Source: Octopus sinensis (Eukaryota). From it: a stretch of DNA of 64,000 bases. Location: positions 230,667-294,666 of the forward strand of contig NW_021832382.1 in NCBI RefSeq assembly GCF_006345805.1, read 5' to 3'. The notes under the pieces were generated by a model, which was given only the letters and a program-made list of their open reading frames with translations, had not been told where the DNA came from and ran no database searches. Shown here piece after piece: positions 59,700 through 64,000 of the stretch. Each line of letters starts with the position of its first letter. Positions within the stretch are counted from its first letter, which is position 1. The position numbers and the translations under genes are program-made.

Positions 59700-61770
59700 T
59701 ATGTATTCTTTATTTAGCAAGTTAATTGCGTTTTTCGGCATAGAGCGCAAGTTATAGGCTTATATTCGACACCCCAACATTTCAAGATTGTGTGTTTGTG
59801 ATTCCCAAGGTATCAACTGTGGAGACGTGTTTCAAATCTTTGGCCTGAGTTGCCGATTGACAAGCCGGGTTTGGAGCCATGTTTCGCGTATTCTGCTCAG
59901 TGTCAAGGTAGCCAGCAACTTTCTACGAGCCGAGTTTCTTCACATTCCTCCGGTTTTCACCAACTTTGGTGTCCATGCGTTTGATCTCTGTGAATTCGGT
60001 TTTAGAAGTGTTGATTATGAGGTACCACTTGATGAGTGTCATTGTTTAGAACAGTGATTCCCAAACTTTTTCTTGTTGTCGCCCCCTTTAACAAACTTTT
60101 TAGCAATATCGCCTACCATGAAAATGTACATGGAAACAAAAAGAAAAAAATTAATTTATTTATAACAACAATCAATGAGAACAATGACGTTGTATGAATT
60201 TAGAAACAAGTTCTTCTACATTTGGCTTTATGTTCGTAAGACGAAGCCGTAGATCTCCTCTCTCAGCAACGTCTAAGCGTTTCGACTTTTAGCAACGAGT
60301 TGAGATACAACGCTAAAGCTTCTCTCAACGAAGTAAGAAGTAGGAAAAACGATAAAAAATAATTTAGCCTTCTCCCATAACACAGGATATCTTTCAGGAA
60401 TATCCGCCTGTAGCCAAAAATCTTGATAGGACTTTCGTTTGAATGTTGGTTTCAATTCTCAATCATTTTTCAATACAATTAATTCCAGTTGACAAGATTC
60501 GACGTAGTCAATATCTTGAAAAGGATATATGATCCATCCCGGAACTTCTAGTTCGCACAAATCTTTGAAGCGGTGCTTCATATCATTTTCAAAAGTGATT
60601 AAATGTTCAACATAATTTTCGAGATCGTCTTCAGAAAATAGGTTTTTAAGATTGTCGAGACGTGGAAATTGGCTTAACTCCTTTCTACCAATATTTCTAC
60701 AAAACAAGGATAGCATTAAAATAAAAGCAGTAATGAGTGACTTTGCCTAAATTAAAATAATATGAGAAAAATTAACGAATACCTTTATTAAGTTAATATC
60801 GACGAATTGTAGTTGTACGTTAAGTACATTGAACTTGGCAAAAATGTCTGCTAAATAAGCAACATCATGTATAATAGATTCTAGTTCTGGACCAAGGTGA
60901 GAGTTCAAAGATTTTAGGAATTCAACCACAGTGTCGAAGAGAAAAAATATACATCCCAAACAGTCACTCTTTGATAGCCACCTTACTTCTGTATGCATTA
61001 AAAGTCGTACAAAATCTTTATCATTATCGACACAAGGCTGGTAAAAAGACGTGAATTTAGCGAGTTTGATTTAATTTTGTTAATAGAAGAAATAACTGTA
61101 TTAGGAGAAGAATATAATCGAGCAGTTGTGTTTTTAGCAACTAAATGCTGGCGATGAATCACACAATGAATAGTCAGTACAGTTGGTACGTGTTGTTTTT
61201 CATCGCTCCCTTTAAATTTATATCGCCCCCAGTAAACGATTTAGTCATAAACGCCCCCTTTAAATTTTGTATCTCCCACTTTGGGAAACCCTGGTTTAGA
61301 AGATCGATTAGAGCGTCTTTGTTGTCTAAAACGAAGTTAACATCGTCAGCATAGACAATTTCGGTGATAAAGTCGTCGTAGAAAGCTCTTAGATCTCTCA
61401 GGGCGGCTTCCAGGTAGATGACAAACAGTAGGAGAGAGAATCTGCCCATATTTGTTTCGAACGGCCTGAGTGAGACGATTTAACAAGAACTGACAATTCT
61501 GTCCTAGCAAGCAGTACCCGTATCATTCTGACTTTGTTCTCAGCCAGGAAACTTTGTAGGATGCAGATGAGTAAATCACAACGGAGACAGTCAAAAGCTT
61601 TCGACATGTCGATTCCGAAGATGGTCGTGGCTCTTTTGAATTTCTGTTGGATAGGGCATCGCCATCTGTGACTCCAGACAATGCCCGCGGTGAATCTTTC
61701 CGCTCTGAATCCGAACTGACTCGGCGCCAGATATTCATTAACTCTTGCATTTTTTATTATTTTTTTTAAA
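59700..61770 (-). mobile_element. RTE-like LINE relic interrupted by a hAT
   Basis: SQFGFR, GIDMSKAFD, IVYADD on the right; FTEIKR..RNVKKLGS on the left, collinear with 4570-5490. Confidence 0.75.
60052..61293 (-). mobile_element. hAT Charlie/Buster-type transposon, 5'-deleted
   Basis: Imperfect TIR CAGTGATTCCCAAA / TTTGGGAAACCCTG; TSD GTTTAGAA (60044-60051, 61294-61301). Motifs HTEVRWLS, FPTSYFVERSFS. Confidence 0.92.
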
Positions 61771-61799
61771 TAAAACAATAAGGAGGTGAAAAGATAGCT

Positions 61800-62575
61800 A
61801 AGCTAATTACTGGCCTCACGAGACACCCGGCCAGCTTTGCGAATGGCGAAGCCGTTCCCTCGGATCACTGCAATCGACAGACGTTCCAGGAGCCAAGAAT
61901 ACTTTCTTGGATCGTGGCTAGTCTTTGAAATCCGTCGACCGAGCGAGCGAAGGAAGCGGAGTGTCTTGGGGCCGAAAATCCCGGAGGACTCCACGGCAAT
62001 TGGAGTAAAGTTTAAATTACGAAATGGTATCAAGTCAGAAAATTTCATGGAGACACTGGGTCAGTAAATCATGATGAAAAATCTATTGCTGATTTTAATG
62101 AAACAATCAGTTTAAAAACTGAACAATATGGATTGGACAATGTCTATAATTCAGATGAAAGTGGTGTTTTTTACAAGGCGATTTCTTCTAAACATGTGTG
62201 CACTAAATCAAGGCCTGGAATAGAGTTATTGAAGGATCGATTTTCTTTACTATTATGCGCAAATTGTTCTGGTTCCGATAAAAGAAGGCCTGTAATGATA
62301 GGAAGATTTAAAAGTCCAAGATGTTTTAAAAATTTCAACATTGGAAAATATGTTACCTACACCCATTCCAATAAGACATGGATGAACCGTGAAATTTTTA
62401 ATCCCAAATAAGGGATTTCCCCTGCTCGTATGGGAAGGTGGACATGCCGTCAGGGCGTTTGCCATCCCCTCTATCCAGTCCAACAGGTTCAAGGATTGAC
62501 GGAATGCCAGCTGAAGCGAGGGCTCTCTGTATGATCGAGTTGAGTTCACTGTGACGGGGGGCGCGACCAGACACG
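61800..62575 (-). mobile_element. CRE 3' region with a Tigger fragment (+, about 62055-62400) replacing its middle
   Basis: [26 protein letters not shown] // PIAVESSG..ERLSIAVIRGN; the insert has YNSDESGVFYK..KDRFSLLLCAN. Confidence 0.8.
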
Positions 62576-62999
62576 GTGTTGATTGGAGACATTTAAGAAT
62601 ATTTTCAAATTTACAAAATAAAAATGTACCAAAGTACACGAAAAAAATACGCCGTAGGACAGCCCGTATGGAACCGACCACACTCGAAGGCGACCCAAAG
62701 TGCAATGGATGGCCAGCGAATGGCACATTTGCCTAATTGATAACAAACATGCACGACCAGGTAAGTACTTAGCATATGCACACATTAGGAAATAGATACA
62801 ACTAAATTATTAAAATGTATGGATTTTTAATTAGCTTTGAGGTATATACATTTAAATAGATTATCCAATTTTTTATTGAGTTTTAAAATAAATGACAAAT
62901 TAAGTAATTACAAATTTATTAAATTTATAAAAAGGTGATTTTTAAACACTACTTGTTTAATCCTTGATCGCTTAAATGTTTATATTCTCCATTCGACTG

Positions 63000-63810
63000 T
63001 ATTTATGACTGTGTTTATGACATTTACATTAGTTATGACATTTACATTAGTTAACCATTATTTATTAATTTTTTAATAACCTCCGTATCAACGTGCTTTT
63101 AGGTAAGTCAGTTCTTATAAAGATTTTTATTTGTCATATGGATGGTTTATAAACACAATTATTTATTGAAAAAATTGAATAAAGTTATTTGTATAGTTTT
63201 TATAATTAATTTTTGTAAATCATTCGAAATGTGTTTCGAATTTTTTACAGTATTGTTTGTTATATTTTGAGAAAAGCAATTCGAACAAGAACTTAATTTA
63301 TGACAATTTAAATTCCATCAAATAAAGTGATTGGGCTAATATCGTAGCTCTCATCGATTTGGCCATCTTCTGCATTAAGCATGATATCTTCAACAGTATA
63401 TTCTTCTTGAAACAGTGCAATGATTTCATCGTCATCAATGACTTTTTGTATTTGAAGCATATCTTCTTCAATCATAATTTGGTCTAGCTGATTACTGTGT
63501 GCCTCAATAATTGGATATGGGGACAACTCTTCTTCAGCATAAGACTCATCAATACCTTGAATAATTCCAACTTTTTTGAAACAATTACTAATAGTTTCTT
63601 GTTTCACACTTGCCCAAGCTTCGTGAAGTAACAACATAGCGTGTCTAAGATTAACAAAAAAATCTAATGATTGATTAAGCGAGTTCATATAATCAACCAC
63701 TAACATTTTTTCTGTAATGATGCTTTAGATTTTTTATTATTCCTGCATCCATTGGTTAAAGATGAGCAGTTGAGTTCTTTGGAAGCCTTATAACTTGAAT
63801 GTTTCCAGCT
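63000..63810 (-). mobile_element. Tigger/pogo transposase 3' relic
   Basis: LPKNSTAHL*PMDAGIIKNLK..AWASVKQETISNCFKKVG. Confidence 0.75.
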
Positions 63811-64000
63811 CTCCTTCGAAGCTTGAAAAGTCCTCATACTTCCCCTCCCAAACAGGAATTGGGTAGGCTCCCTCTTCAGGACTCGATACCGCTTAGATAA
63901 TTGTATCGACTCCAGAATACATAAAATTTTAATGACTGAGGTCTTTCCACAGTTGGGAAAATCACGATTTTACTTTTCAATAAACAAAAATTGTGTTTCA

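Overview
Eukaryotic, almost certainly animal, nuclear DNA from a highly reduced genome. Short islands of compact host genes alternate with dense, nested transposon graveyards. Eleven host genes can be rebuilt by hand: eIF4A-family helicase, SARAF, WTAP-like, ITFG2, a three-domain gelsolin, HELQ, XPR1, an SLC17 transporter, a TspanC8-type tetraspanin, RNF113/CWC24, alpha-SNAP, plus OSBPL9 as a twelfth. Nearly all introns read are ultra-short (23-31 nt, mostly 25-26), with degenerate donors, at least three GC-AG introns and no consistent polypyrimidine tract. This fits lineages such as dicyemids or some myxozoans, but the taxon cannot be fixed from this window. Mobile DNA: a near full-length CRE-clade retrotransposon with an N-terminal PHD finger and many CRE fragments; R4/Dong-like RLE elements; Jockey/I-like and RTE-like LINEs; hAT, Tc1, IS630-like, Tigger and mariner elements; a 79-bp Merlin-like MITE; and a 171-bp dimeric satellite. 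The most notable observations are the micro-intron splicing grammar, the PHD-CRE element with a splice-acceptor-like leader, and an otherwise open ITFG2 gene split inside an exon by a decayed LINE. Several single-base homopolymer indels suggest assembly error. All homology calls are from recalled motifs, not database searches, and relic boundaries are approximate.
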